The notes under the pieces: model-generated
Databases searched by the model: none
What the model was told of the DNA's origin: nothing
The model's input: only the letters and a program-made list of their open reading frames with translations
Made by a program: the position numbers and the translations under genes
Part shown: piece by piece, positions 50,208 through 61,630 of the stretch
Layout of the letters: the number at the start of each line of letters is the position of its first letter
Numbering within the stretch: position 1 is the stretch's first letter
DNA from: Leptogorgia sarmentosa
Taxonomy: Eukaryota
DNA: 64,000 nt
Assembly: GCA_964658305.1 (NCBI GenBank)
Contig: OZ210884.1
Coordinates: 5,518,001-5,582,000 of the forward strand
Direction: 5' to 3'

Positions 50208-50891
50208 AGGCCCATTTCCATTGCAGTGATTTTGCCCGCGCGGAGCCACGAACGCTAGTCCCGCGTGTAAGTAGTCCCGCGTGCACGCAAAAAAGTGAAA
50301 TCTAGTTTAAAGCCCGGGTGAAACAAGGATAAATGTGCATGAGAATTGAGAGTCCCGCGACCTTGGTGAACTGCAAGTTCTTCATGATTTCACTACAATG
50401 TATGAAGTTCAAACAAATAGTTGCAACACTCATCAAACTTTCATAACATAATACTCATAATAATTTTATTAATCTAGTCTGTGATTTCCTCTGTGGCAAT
50501 TGATGACTGTCAACTCTCATCAACTTTCATCCTCGTTTGACTGGGGTTCAACTATAGAAAAATTAGACTTAGAATGCGTTGTAGAGTATTAATCGGATTT
50601 GTCTGTGAGAAGCGGTCTAAACATGGGGCGAGTTCAATTTGCCCTTATAGATCGAATAAATTGAGTGAAAAGTTGCATACATAATTAAATGTGGTGTCAG
50701 GTGTGTACCTCAGAAAAAATGGACGCACGCGCATACTCGGTCTAATATTTCTATGAGATTAATTTTCATGACGTGCACGCACAGGTTGAAGCGGCCTGAA
50801 AACTGTGTAATTAGACGGCTACATAGCTCATCCCAAACGTTTGCGCGCTCTACCCGCGCGCGGGCGAAAACAGGTCAATGGAAAGTGGTTT
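50208..50891. mobile_element. Degenerate TIR element with a probable nested MITE (~50309-50549)
   Basis: Outer imperfect inverted ends tttccattg...ttttgcccgcgcg / cgcgcgggcgaaaa...caatggaaa. Inner inverted pair aaacaaggataaa...tgagagt / actctca...tttcatcctcgttt. Confidence 0.5.
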
Positions 50892-51142
50892 CAGTGCCTG
50901 ATAATACATATCCTACTTAGGCTCTAATCATGCTATTTATTCTTGTCTACACAAAAATATGTAACAACTTGGTTAAATAGGTGAAACAAGAACGACATGC
51001 TAGTTATAAAAATATATAAAATGTTCTATGTTGAAGGGTGATCATTTGGATCTTAACCGACCTGTGTTTAATATCTACAGTACATAGCATACGAGATAAA
51101 ACGAAATATTTTACATCTAAAATGTTTTTGTTTTCCAATTGG

Positions 51143-54100
51143 TCATTCGAATTCTTCTCTCTTGTGGAAATTGCGAAGTAACAGACCGTTGCAGATCATT
51201 GCGAAAATCTAAGGAAGAATAATACTATCAATAACGGATCAAAACTCAAATTGCAATACAGGAGTGATGTATTATTTGGTCAAAAATTTGTCAAAATTGC
51301 ACGAGCTTAAGCTTTAGCAGCGAGTATATATTTTCAAAGTCAGATATTTTAAAACCCATGCGAGTTGCAGATGGTAATTAATTATGTATTATAATTGTAC
51401 CACAACGTGGTGGTTATTTAATGACATAATGTAATTTCATTGCATATTCATTTAATTTCATTGCTTGACGCTGATGGCTCAAAAGTTCACTACGGAATCC
51501 GTTGGGAAGAACAAAAATATGTCGACATACTACTTCCAGGTACACTGCATGAGGTATGCACCCCACTAAAAAAATTTCCAAAACCTTCCCTGTTAAAAAA
51601 ACAAAATTCCTCTCGCTCATCCTCGCATGTTTTTGCGTATTGCGCACAAAACCACACTTATACACTTGACGTCTCTGGTTATTAAACTGACACTACGTAT
51701 AGTTCTCAATATTCCGTAACCGAAATGAAACAGAAACAATACGGCACTGAGCCACTGACCTGGATAAATGCGATACCAACTGCAGCACCACCAATCATGT
51801 AAAAGTTATCAAGGACTCGTTCTTTTATCACTTTGAAACATGGATGCTAAAAAAAACACAGTTTCAGAACTAATTTCTAACCCTTTCAAAACTCGTTCAA
51901 CTCTTCGAAAATCCTGGTGGTACTGGTACAAAACAATATGGGAAAACTTTTGTTTCTGGTTGTTCAGTATTTTTTCGTATTATATAACTATAGCTATATG
52001 TAAATCAACACCGTGTGTGTCAGCTCGCATTTTCTAAATTTTGAAAAAATCCTCTCAAATCAGTGAAATGCCAACACCCTGTCGCAACGTTAATGAAGAT
52101 TCCGTTATAGATGTAGTAGCAATCAAATTTTACTCACTCTACCAACGGCATCCCCCTTCGTTCCACCACAAGATTTTGGAGCGCTTTTTACATTGCTGTT
52201 TGTTAAATAATCTAAAGGGTCCTCAACACCACAACAATCGAACTAAAAAACAAATTGGATTTACTCTTTATTTATTCATTTATTTATCAAGTTAGATTAT
52301 CTTTGCCAATTCAAAATTTTGTCTAGTTGCGGAATGTGCATGCTATTTATTCTATATGCTTCGTGTAGCGCATACAGTATTTTAAATCCCTCCATTTTTC
52401 AAACTCTTACCCTGTCTTGAAATAAGTCCCAAGCTTCCGTAACATGCGGAAATGCCGGATCCATATACTCTTCCTGGTATGCATCTTTCATACATGCCGA
52501 GAAGCGGGTTTCAATCTAGCAAAAATAACGTACTTATGGTTGGCAAGGAATCTAATTAATGTCTGAAAAATATTAAAATACAAGGCTAGTTTCATCACAG
52601 AAAGCATTTAAAAGTTCAACTGTTGCATAACTATCAAACTACCTAAAAATTACAGCTGCTCACTGTGAAAGTCTATATGGTTAGTATGGACCTTCATACA
52701 CGGATTTTATTCCCGAGTCACGGCGCGAAGCGCCTTCCGGCATAAGCCCGGGGCGAGGGTAATAATTGCGCACGGCTATTTACACCCGGGTAAAGGACAA
52801 CATATTGGAGTCTGAAGTTCCTCAGTTTGGGCGCCATTTTGGGTTATCGTTCAAGGGTATCACTGATCGTGGGAATATGGCGGACTATCATCACAGAGTA
52901 GTATCATCACAGGAGGTGTAACTGTTGTACCCACTATTTTGTGCGCATGCTCGGCAAGTTACTAGATGCGTGTATCTGATTGGATGACGACCTGATGACG
53001 ACTAAATTTAAACTTGCCAAGCGTGCGCGATCATTTTTGCCGATCGCATTGAAAAAAAAGTGGGTACATGAAAATGTTACTTTAATTAGATTAAAGTTAT
53101 TGAGTTACACCTCTGTATGATACTCTGTGCTATCATGAAGGGCGAACACTATAGTAAAAATACATACGAATTCTCTTCTTGCAAATGCGTAAACTCCGGC
53201 AGCAATTTCCCCAAGAAATAAGAACACTAACATAAGTAGATACTAGAAAATATGAAAAAATAAATAAATCTGTTGTAAGGTGTTCCAATGGCAATGGGCA
53301 ATCGAATAACAACCCCACAAAACTATAAGTAATTAACAACCCTTCGGTCGAAACGTCGAATCTGTTTTATATCCTTTTAGGTAGTGAGATTATCCTTCCT
53401 GCTCTTGTTCGTTATCCACGAAGACTTATCTCATTATCTATTGTTTGAATTGCATTTGATGCGACTAATATCCGACGTATAGAACGGGCCCAATATTTAT
53501 AGTTCAATATTACTTACCAATACCAGCAGTCTCGAACTTTTAGTACGATATGCAATAAAAGCAACGAGAACAGAAATAAGAAGTAGAGATCCAACGCCAA
53601 GCATACATGCCGCAGCCACGAACCATTCATTGTCAGAACACAAATCAACATAACTTCCTCTGTAGGTATTCAGAAATACTCCAACAAATAAGGCTCCAAG
53701 TGCAAGGATCTGTAGCAAGAAAGTAATATTAATCATTAGTAGAATCATACTCGTATACTATTGCAAATGCTGCAATTTGATTGGCTATACTCTACTCGCT
53801 ATTTATTTAACAATTAGATAGCGAGTAGCAAAATATGTGAATTTTCGTTCAAGAAAATGTCTTCTGAGACGCGGTTTCAAATTATTTTTTGCAATATTTT
53901 CATGTTTGATCTCTGATTCTACTAAAACAATTAGATTACTCGCTCTCGATTTCTACGAGATGGTAGTTGATTCGGGCTTCGCCCTCATCAACTATCACCT
54001 CATAGAAATCTCGAGCTCGTAATCTAATTGTTAAATAGAATATCTCAACATATTCCAAGTTTATAATTTCCAAAAGGCACTCATTCTCATATTTTTTCAT

Positions 54101-54860
54101 TGAGAATTGGCAAGTTCATTATTTTCTATTTTTCATAAAAGCAAGGAATGGCTTGCTTGATCTGATCAAGTGATTTAGATTCTGTGGAGAATTGTGGCAC
54201 TATACATATAGATTATAATGTGATTAAATGTTCATTGGTTTATGTTTGAGAATCTTCTCCTCAATGCCAAAAAAGTTCAGTTTTAAGTAAAATCACATAC
54301 ACAGTTTAGTACTTACCAGTAAAAAAACATTGCATATAAGTGCTAGAACAATAACAAGTTTATCAGAACGGGTTGGTTGGTAACTTCCAAATCTAAAAAA
54401 GAAATCCACATACAGCCATTAAGAATTTAACATGTTTCAGTACATAGTTAAACTAAATATGAGTTTGGAGTATAACAACTCACACAAGGGTCAGTTGTTT
54501 GTAGCCTGTTTAGTGTAAACAATGCATGAGTCTAGAATATCATGCAAGTCTATGTATTCATTCAACAATCAAAATAGACTTTTCTTTCAACCTGAAAACA
54601 ACACTCATGTATACAACTATATATTTAGGGTTTAAAAATTAAAAGTCATGTTAAGTTATTCAATCATTGAATTGGAGTATTAGTTAAATTAAAGTTAATA
54701 TATTTTAAATGGGCTAATTGAACAACTGAGCCAACTATATTTGTACCAACCTGTTTCTTCCAGGAATCATCATTCGTTGCGAACTAGGAACAAATGGCCT
54801 GCTGTTACCATTCTGTGCCCCAACTCTACCTTTGTCATCATAGAGTGGTCGCATTTCCAT
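51143..54860 (-). CDS. Tetraspanin D, complete, ~271 aa, extended N-terminal tail, short large loop
   Basis: Exons 54860-54751, 54392-54317, 53709-53518, 53242-53168, 52515-52411 (...EAWDLFQDR), 52242-52138 (FDCCGV...PKSC), 51846-51760 (HPCFKV...FIQ), 51208-51143 (...KREEFE*) join in frame (816 nt). The first exon is inferred from phase-2 compatibility. Confidence 0.9.
53736..54034. mobile_element. ~300-bp interspersed repeat, copy 2 (inverted relative to 9196-9488), intronic in tetraspanin D
   Basis: Reverse-complement match to 9196-9488 with few differences. Confidence 0.85.
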
Positions 54861-56450
54861 AACGGCAGCTGAAGTAAAAGAATGATGAATACATATAGAA
54901 AAGTAAAGTAAACTTTCCCAACTAGAATGATCTATGTACGTATGCCACTGTGACTACTCTGTGAAATGATCCTAGCATGGAACAAATGGGCTGTCTGTGA
55001 TTTTGAGTTTATCAAATATTACAATGCATGGCACTTCCAATTACTAAAGCATAGTAAATATATTTCAGTCATTTTGAGGAATGCCATCCCTCATCAAGGT
55101 AAATATTTTCATCCCATTCATTTAGTTCTTCTTGGCCTTTTCTCATCCTGGGATTGCAAAGCAGAATAAGCATTTCAATCCATTCATTTTTCCCTTTTCT
55201 CATTTTAGGATTCCTGAACTAACTAAATTTTCAACCCAATCATTTTGTCTGCTTGCCCTGTTGGCATTCTGGGACTATATATTCACTGTGTTCATTTGAT
55301 CCTCCTTCCCCTCTTGTTGTTTTTGGTCCAAAGTGAATTAAGTACATCTCTCTACTAATTCTGCTCAGATGCTGTGATCAACTTTTGGCCAATTTTCAAA
55401 TTTCATTTCTTGTAAGCAATATTACCTAATCGTTAATCAATGGTCGGTGTCCAATATTGATAGTTAGGAGAGGCAGTTAATATTGAATATTTAAAATGAC
55501 ACCAAGCAATTTGGACATTGAGTTGTGTTTGTACACCCATCATAAACAAATGATACCTTAAAACCAAACTATACTAGTAAAAAACTTTTACCCATGTTGA
55601 AAAAGCTAGAAGCAGATCAAGGTTCGACAAATTATCAGAAATCGCACAATAAAGATGCTTTAGGTCGGTAATACAAAACTAAAATCCTCCTTCAATAACA
55701 GACAAACTTCAGTTGATAAACACGATACACACAACGTTAAAGTTAATTTATATCATGCTTAATATTGTAGGAGATCTCTCGTGTAACACTCTCATGTAGG
55801 GGATCTCAGGAAGGCTGTTTACTGGGAATGCGAAAAGTGAAAGACTTTTATTCGAGTACTTGATGACTCGATGACATTTTTAAGGGAGATTTTTAGGCGG
55901 CTAAGGACCCGATGCAACGCGTTATAAAGTTTTCGTATAGTTACTATAATTGGTAAATTCTTTAATATTAAACGTGCGATTATGTGTGGAACCACAAACC
56001 AAATTTAACGAAATGGACAGCCTGAAATATATATTCGTAAAACATTGTTTACGTTCCTATCAACGCTAGATAGTCGTTTGGTATGAAACGTTCCATTTTA
56101 GATAATTGCGACATTGAAGTGAATTAGAATTCCATTATTATTTTACCTTTATACCAACGAAATTCCACTTGATTTTCTTATATCGTTTTCCCCTTCACTG
56201 CTTGAGTATCGTTTTCAATAAATTCAACTGCGTTCAAGCGACTTTTAAGTATGAAAAAATGCTTAGCTTATTTGATTTGCAAATATTATGTATTTATGTA
56301 TGGAATGTTGTCCCGCGTCCCGCGAGAAAAAGGAACAATTGTCCCGCAAAACGCCTACGAACTAGCGTGGGAAAGGGTCAGATTTCCAAATAAGGATTAA
56401 TACCGGTGGTCCACGTTTTCGTAGCAAATCATTCAGTGCAGGTTTAAAGC

Positions 56451-56525
56451 TAGCCTGTGCTCCAGTCCACTCCCCCATACTACTCCTCCAGTCCACTACG
56501 GGGGAGTGGACTGGAGCACAGGCTA
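56451..56525. mobile_element. 75-bp palindromic MITE (TAGCCTG...CAGGCTA) with 9-bp TSD
   Basis: TIR tagcctgtgctccagtccactcccc. TSD GTTTAAAGC at 56442-56450 and 56526-56534. Confidence 0.88.
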
Positions 56526-56531
56526 GTTTAA

Positions 56532-56681
56532 AGCTTGTTTTCCACTAGGCGAATTAATTCGCGCGAATAGAAGAAAAAGCAACTTGATTGGCTGGCGACA
56601 AACACTGACGACATCACCACCCAATCACATTCGTGTTTCGCTTGTTTGCGCGGAAAAATTCGCCAAGTGGAAAACAGTCTT
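56532..56681. mobile_element. Tourist/Harbinger-like MITE, family of 45350-45481
   Basis: Inverted ends tgttttccact / agtggaaaaca. Internal similarity to 45350-45481. Confidence 0.8.
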
Positions 56682-58133
56682 AACTCTCGTATAACAGTGT
56701 TTATTCCCCAAATTTATTCCCTATCAAAAATTCCGACTGTCAAAATCACATATTTTCCCCATGTAAAAGAAGTGGTGCTAAACATATTGAAAGTTCACTC
56801 CTCGGACATGCATACTTATTAATTTTTATCGCTTTCAACATTTCTTCTCTCTTGCTCGAACATGTCATTCAATAACTGAGATGATTGTCTTCATCACTAG
56901 CTATCACTTCATGCAACAAAACTTACAAAAGTTACGTCTGTACACTTCAATAATTAACGCACAAAGACGTACCAATGTTGGATTATCTTTTTACATACAC
57001 CCTATGTAGTGTTTTTAGCTATCCTTATGCTTGTAAGTAAAATCTTTCTACATACGTACTGATTATATGATCCCAGATTGAGGATATATGGTTGACAAGC
57101 CACAGGCTGGTATAATACAATGATGCTCCTGTTAGAGCGACGTAGTTTTATTTTCACTATAGTGTAATTAACTTGTGTTATTTTAGAACCACAGTTTCGA
57201 TTTAAATAAGTTAATTGAATATATGCCGTCGTTTTCAGCAGGCACTCAAGTTTGTAATGCAAACTGAGAGAAACTGTAGGTTTAAAATAGGGCTTCAATT
57301 TAAGGTAGAGGAGTTTAAGGCATGATTCAACAGAATTCGACGTTTTGACGATGTTGGAAAATAGCCGCCATCTTGAAACCTTCCATTTACGCTTTCCAAG
57401 CGCGTGATGAACAATCGCGATCGTATTCTTTTATTACGATTTTCTGATGTTAGATTTGACACTCTTATTAATGTGTCAAAAGAAAATCGTTATCTTTATC
57501 CTGGAAGACATTAATTTCGAAATAATTACGAGAAAAAGAGGGGGTCTGCGGCTCTGCGCGAAACTGATATTGGGACCGTGTTGCAATTGCGTTGCGGGTG
57601 AAGGAACTGGGGATACAAATGTCCCCCACCACCCAGCTGGATGGGTCTATTTTGAGATTTTTCTATATCTGGAAGCTACGATTGGTGGAGAGAGGACGGC
57701 TTATATGATCCCTTGAAGGGTTGGTCTCAAAACCTTGCTTATCATTTTGCACAATTAAAACTTGCCAATCGAATTTGCCACGGCACTTCATGCAGTTTTT
57801 TACTTAATAAGGACAAACTGCAGTTACAATCAGTGCTATGAAATCGCGAGAAATCCCATTTGCGAGTTTCTATCTACCTTTTCATATTTTCCAAGAAGCA
57901 TGCGTACTCTTACGCCTTTGTCAATTTTGAAGCATGAAAACGGGTAGACATCGCAGAGTCGCACTGTTTTTTTCACGTATCAAAAAGATTCAAATTCTGC
58001 TTTATAACCAAAGTCCATGTTTACTTTTGTATTGATTTGAATAAATTAAAATATATCATGAGTTAAATTGAAGGAGGCAGGTGTTGTCAAATAGCCAGTT
58101 TCACAACAAAACAGCATCCCAGTAAGCACACCG

Positions 58134-58456
58134 ACGTCGATTCAACGTCGAATCGACGTTACTACCTGACGTCGAAACGACGTCGAAAAACAGGTCGAAA
58201 ACGCAAATCGAATCGACGTTAGACTTTCGACGTCGATTCAACGTTGACGTTTCGACGTCGATTCAACGTTAACTTTTCGACGTCGATTCAACGTTGAACT
58301 TTCGACGTCGATTCAACGTTGACTTTTCGACGTCGATACGACGTCGAAAAACAGGTCGAAAACGCAAATCGAATCGACGTTAGACTTTCGACGTCGATCC
58401 AACGTTGACGTTTCGACGTCGATTCAACGTTGACTTTTCGACGTCGATAGTACGTT
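58134..58456. repeat. Left subterminal repeat array (TCGACGTCGATTCAACGTT units)
   Basis: ~23-24-bp palindrome-rich units, with a larger block duplicated (~58178-58285 and ~58338-58445). Confidence 0.9.
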
Positions 58457-60352
58457 GGAAAATGCGACGAAGTTGCAAATTGATCAAAATTAATAAATTT
58501 TCTGTTGCAATTTGTTTTGATGATATATTTATTTTCGAACTCAGTCAGTATCTTACATATTACATATTATATACTTTAATACACTTGATTATTTACAAAC
58601 ACCGAACTGTAATTAAGCGATTCCAATTTGGACCTATATATATTATACTATCTGCACTAATTTATTATCAACTAGCTATACGTTAATTAATTTGTTACCA
58701 CGATATTATTTGAAAGAACATCTTACAAGTTTGGTAAAATTGCCAAGATTGGCAATTAGATTACAGTTATCAATCTTGTGTATGGACTATATGTTTATTA
58801 TGAAAAATGTCCCATAATGATCGATTATAGATAGACTTTCTACTTCCCCCTTTCCTGTCCGGAGCATACTTTAAAATCTGTCCCATTGCTTTATAAACAT
58901 CACTTTCGGTGCTCTAATAAGTGAAAAATATCAATTAATTAAGCCTGTCTCTCTAATGTAGCTACAGTATATCCCTCTACATAACTAAGCAGTTATCTTT
59001 TTGATGGCTTTGTTAATCGAAAGCAAGTAATTCTCAATTTTCATCTTCAACACAATATGTGTGCCAGCCAGTATGGAATTAGCATAGCAATGGCATTGTA
59101 GTTCAGGTTTATAGTCTCGATCTACTGTAGCCAGTTTAAGTCAACAAATTTTGAAAGATATCAAAAAAATCAGTTTGCTTAATTGCTTTTGCCAAACCTG
59201 ATGAGTTATGACTAGTGATTATTTGCTTAACAAACCAGATGAGTTATGCATAACCCTACTAACTAGTGATTTTTTGCTTAAAGCCCCCCCCCCCTCTTAA
59301 AAAATTCGCTTCCACTGCCTCTTTGTATGCTCAGTCTGCTTAGTTGGTTGTCTGAAATTCTATTTGAAAAAATTGAAAACCAGCCTAAATCAATAACAAA
59401 AAATTTCCTACGCAGAAATACTCGGTTTTTAATATATCACTGATGAAACCAGGCTGACAAAGTCTAACTAAACTACTAGATTGATTTGGATTGTAAAATG
59501 TAACTCTACTAATCAAATACACAAACGTTACACATCATTGTCGAGGCAAGAGCTAGGAATCGACTTTTCTGTAGCATAGTATAAGAATATATGATACAGA
59601 ATTGACCTTTATGTAGAAGCGATTAATTTTGTGAATTATAGTGCTGATCACTAGTGTTCCAGTTCAGTTTATTGAACCAGCACTTTTGAAGCACGAGCAC
59701 TTCGAACTTCGAAGCGCATCGCAGTGCACACTGATTGAACGAAATATAAAGCGATATATCCCAAAATAAAAATAAACAAGTTGCATATTATACTAACCTT
59801 TTCTGTAGTCTTGAATTAAATCAACTAAATGAACGGGAAATTATCCCCAAAAGACAAGAACAACGACAAGCAATGAAATCCTTTGTGTGAAATTTTGAAT
59901 ACATGCGGTTTGTGAGCGTCTATCACAACACTTCCCATGATCCTCAGTCTCGTATCATCGCCGATTGTATGCCGAGCCGAACGGCCCGAACCGAGTTTGG
60001 GCCGAATGCGCGACACCTTATTCGTATTACTATTTCGCCAAAGTCCAAACACGCGTGCAATTTTTCATTAATACTTCTCGAACCGAGTAATTTCCTATAC
60101 AAATACCCTACCTAAAAATTCAAAATTATTTAAAAACTATCAATGTCTTAATAAATACGATCAATCACATGTTGAAAAAGGTTGAAATAGCAAACGTAGT
60201 CGTCGGTACGAACTTTGCCCAAAAGATCAGTTTCTTAAGTGTTGATATGCAATTGTATGTTGGGGTATAAAAATATGCTGATCCATATTCAACGTCAGCT
60301 ATAGGGCCCAAAACGTAAATATATATATTTTTAATTAGTATGTTTTAATGTT

Positions 60353-61000
60353 CAGGTCAGGTTAACGACGTCGATTGAACGTCGAAACGAGGTCAATTTT
60401 TCGACGTCGATATTAAGTCAGGATAACGACGTCGTTTGAACGTCGAAACGAGGTCAATTTGTCGACGTCGATATTAAGTCAGGATAACGACGTCGATTGA
60501 ACGTCGAAACGAGGTCAATTTGTCGACGTCGATATTAAGTCAGGATAACGACGTCGATTGAACGTCGAAACGAGGTCAATTTGTCGACGTCGATATTAAG
60601 TCAGGATAACGACGTCGATTGAACGTCGAAACGAGGTCAATTTTTCGACGTCGATATTAAGTCAGGATAACGACGTCGATTGAACGTCGAAACGAGGTCA
60701 ATTTGTCGACGTCGATATGAGGTCAGGTTAACGACGTCGATTCAACGTCGAAACGAGGCCAATTTGTCGACGTCGATATGAGGTCAGGTTAACGACGTCG
60801 TTCAACGTCCAAACGAGGTCAGTTTGTCGACGTCGATATGAGGTCAGATTAACGACGTCGATTCAACGTCGAAACGAGGTCAATTTGTCGACGTCGATAT
60901 CAAGTCAGGTTAACGACGTCGATTCAACGTCGAAACGAAGTCAATTTGTCGACGTCGATATGAGGTCAGGTTATCGACGTCGATTCAACGTCGATATATA
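60353..61000. repeat. Right subterminal 61-bp tandem array, ~10-11 copies
   Basis: Unit AACGACGTCGATTGAACGTCGAAACGAGGTCAATTTGTCGACGTCGATATTAAGTCAGGAT. The register shifts one base per 60-nt line, giving period 61. Confidence 0.95.
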
Positions 61001-61630
61001 GTCGATCGACGTCCCGACCAAATATCAACCTAAATTCGACGTCGAAACGACGTCGTGTGTTTGCTGGGATTCGTCTCATTATCTTGATAACATACCTAGC
61101 AACCGAAAATGCTTTTATGATTTTTCAGAAATCGTCCCTGCAATTATATATCCTGTTGTCCAATAAATACCCAGCCAAAGATTAATCTATACTTTTCAAG
61201 ACTTTCTCGCATTTCTTATGCACAGTTTACTACGCTTAAACCCTCCCAGCGTTATACAATATAATTATTTATACAATCGTCTGGAATACCGTGCTCTGAT
61301 TGGTTAGAATGACATAAATAAGGAACGAATTTACATTTCTAAATTTGTGAACCTAAAATTTTTATTAATTGCAGGCAGCTTGCACATTATTTTTACCGAG
61401 GTTAACCACAGGTTTCACTTGCTCTTTTTAAGCCGAAAGTCACACAGGTAAACTTGAAATATTTTAATCGTTCAGATTTCTAATATTTATACCTGTTATG
61501 AGTGGATTTTTTCAAAGCAGATGTGCCAACATGGCAAACTGGATGAGTTAATTTTTGTTCAAGCTTTCCTTGTCTATGAATTTCATATTAGTAGAATGTT
61601 TTCTTTATAGGATTACAGAGAAAGAACAAA

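Larger units (their letters stand above)
58118..61068. mobile_element. Non-autonomous EnSpm/CACTA-like DNA transposon, 2951 bp
   Basis: Ends CCCAGTAAGCACACCGACGTCG and CGACGTCGTGTGTTTGCTGGG. 2-bp TSD AT at 58116-58117 and 61069-61070. Dense subterminal GACGTC/AACGTT repeats at both ends. No transposase ORF seen. Confidence 0.85.

Noticed and set aside
55590..55596. ATG G|GT as the first coding exon of tetraspanin D
   Set aside because: It gives phase 1, which shifts exon 54392-54317 into a frame with a stop. The phase-2 exon at 54860-54751 fits.
59825..60115. ORFs inside the EnSpm-like element as transposase remnants
   Set aside because: They are short and show no recognisable transposase motifs by eye. 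BLASTx would be needed to exclude decayed fragments.
60353..61000. 61-bp palindrome-rich array as a CRISPR array
   Set aside because: The units are contiguous with no unique spacers, there are no cas genes, and the array lies inside a TIR element in a eukaryotic genome.
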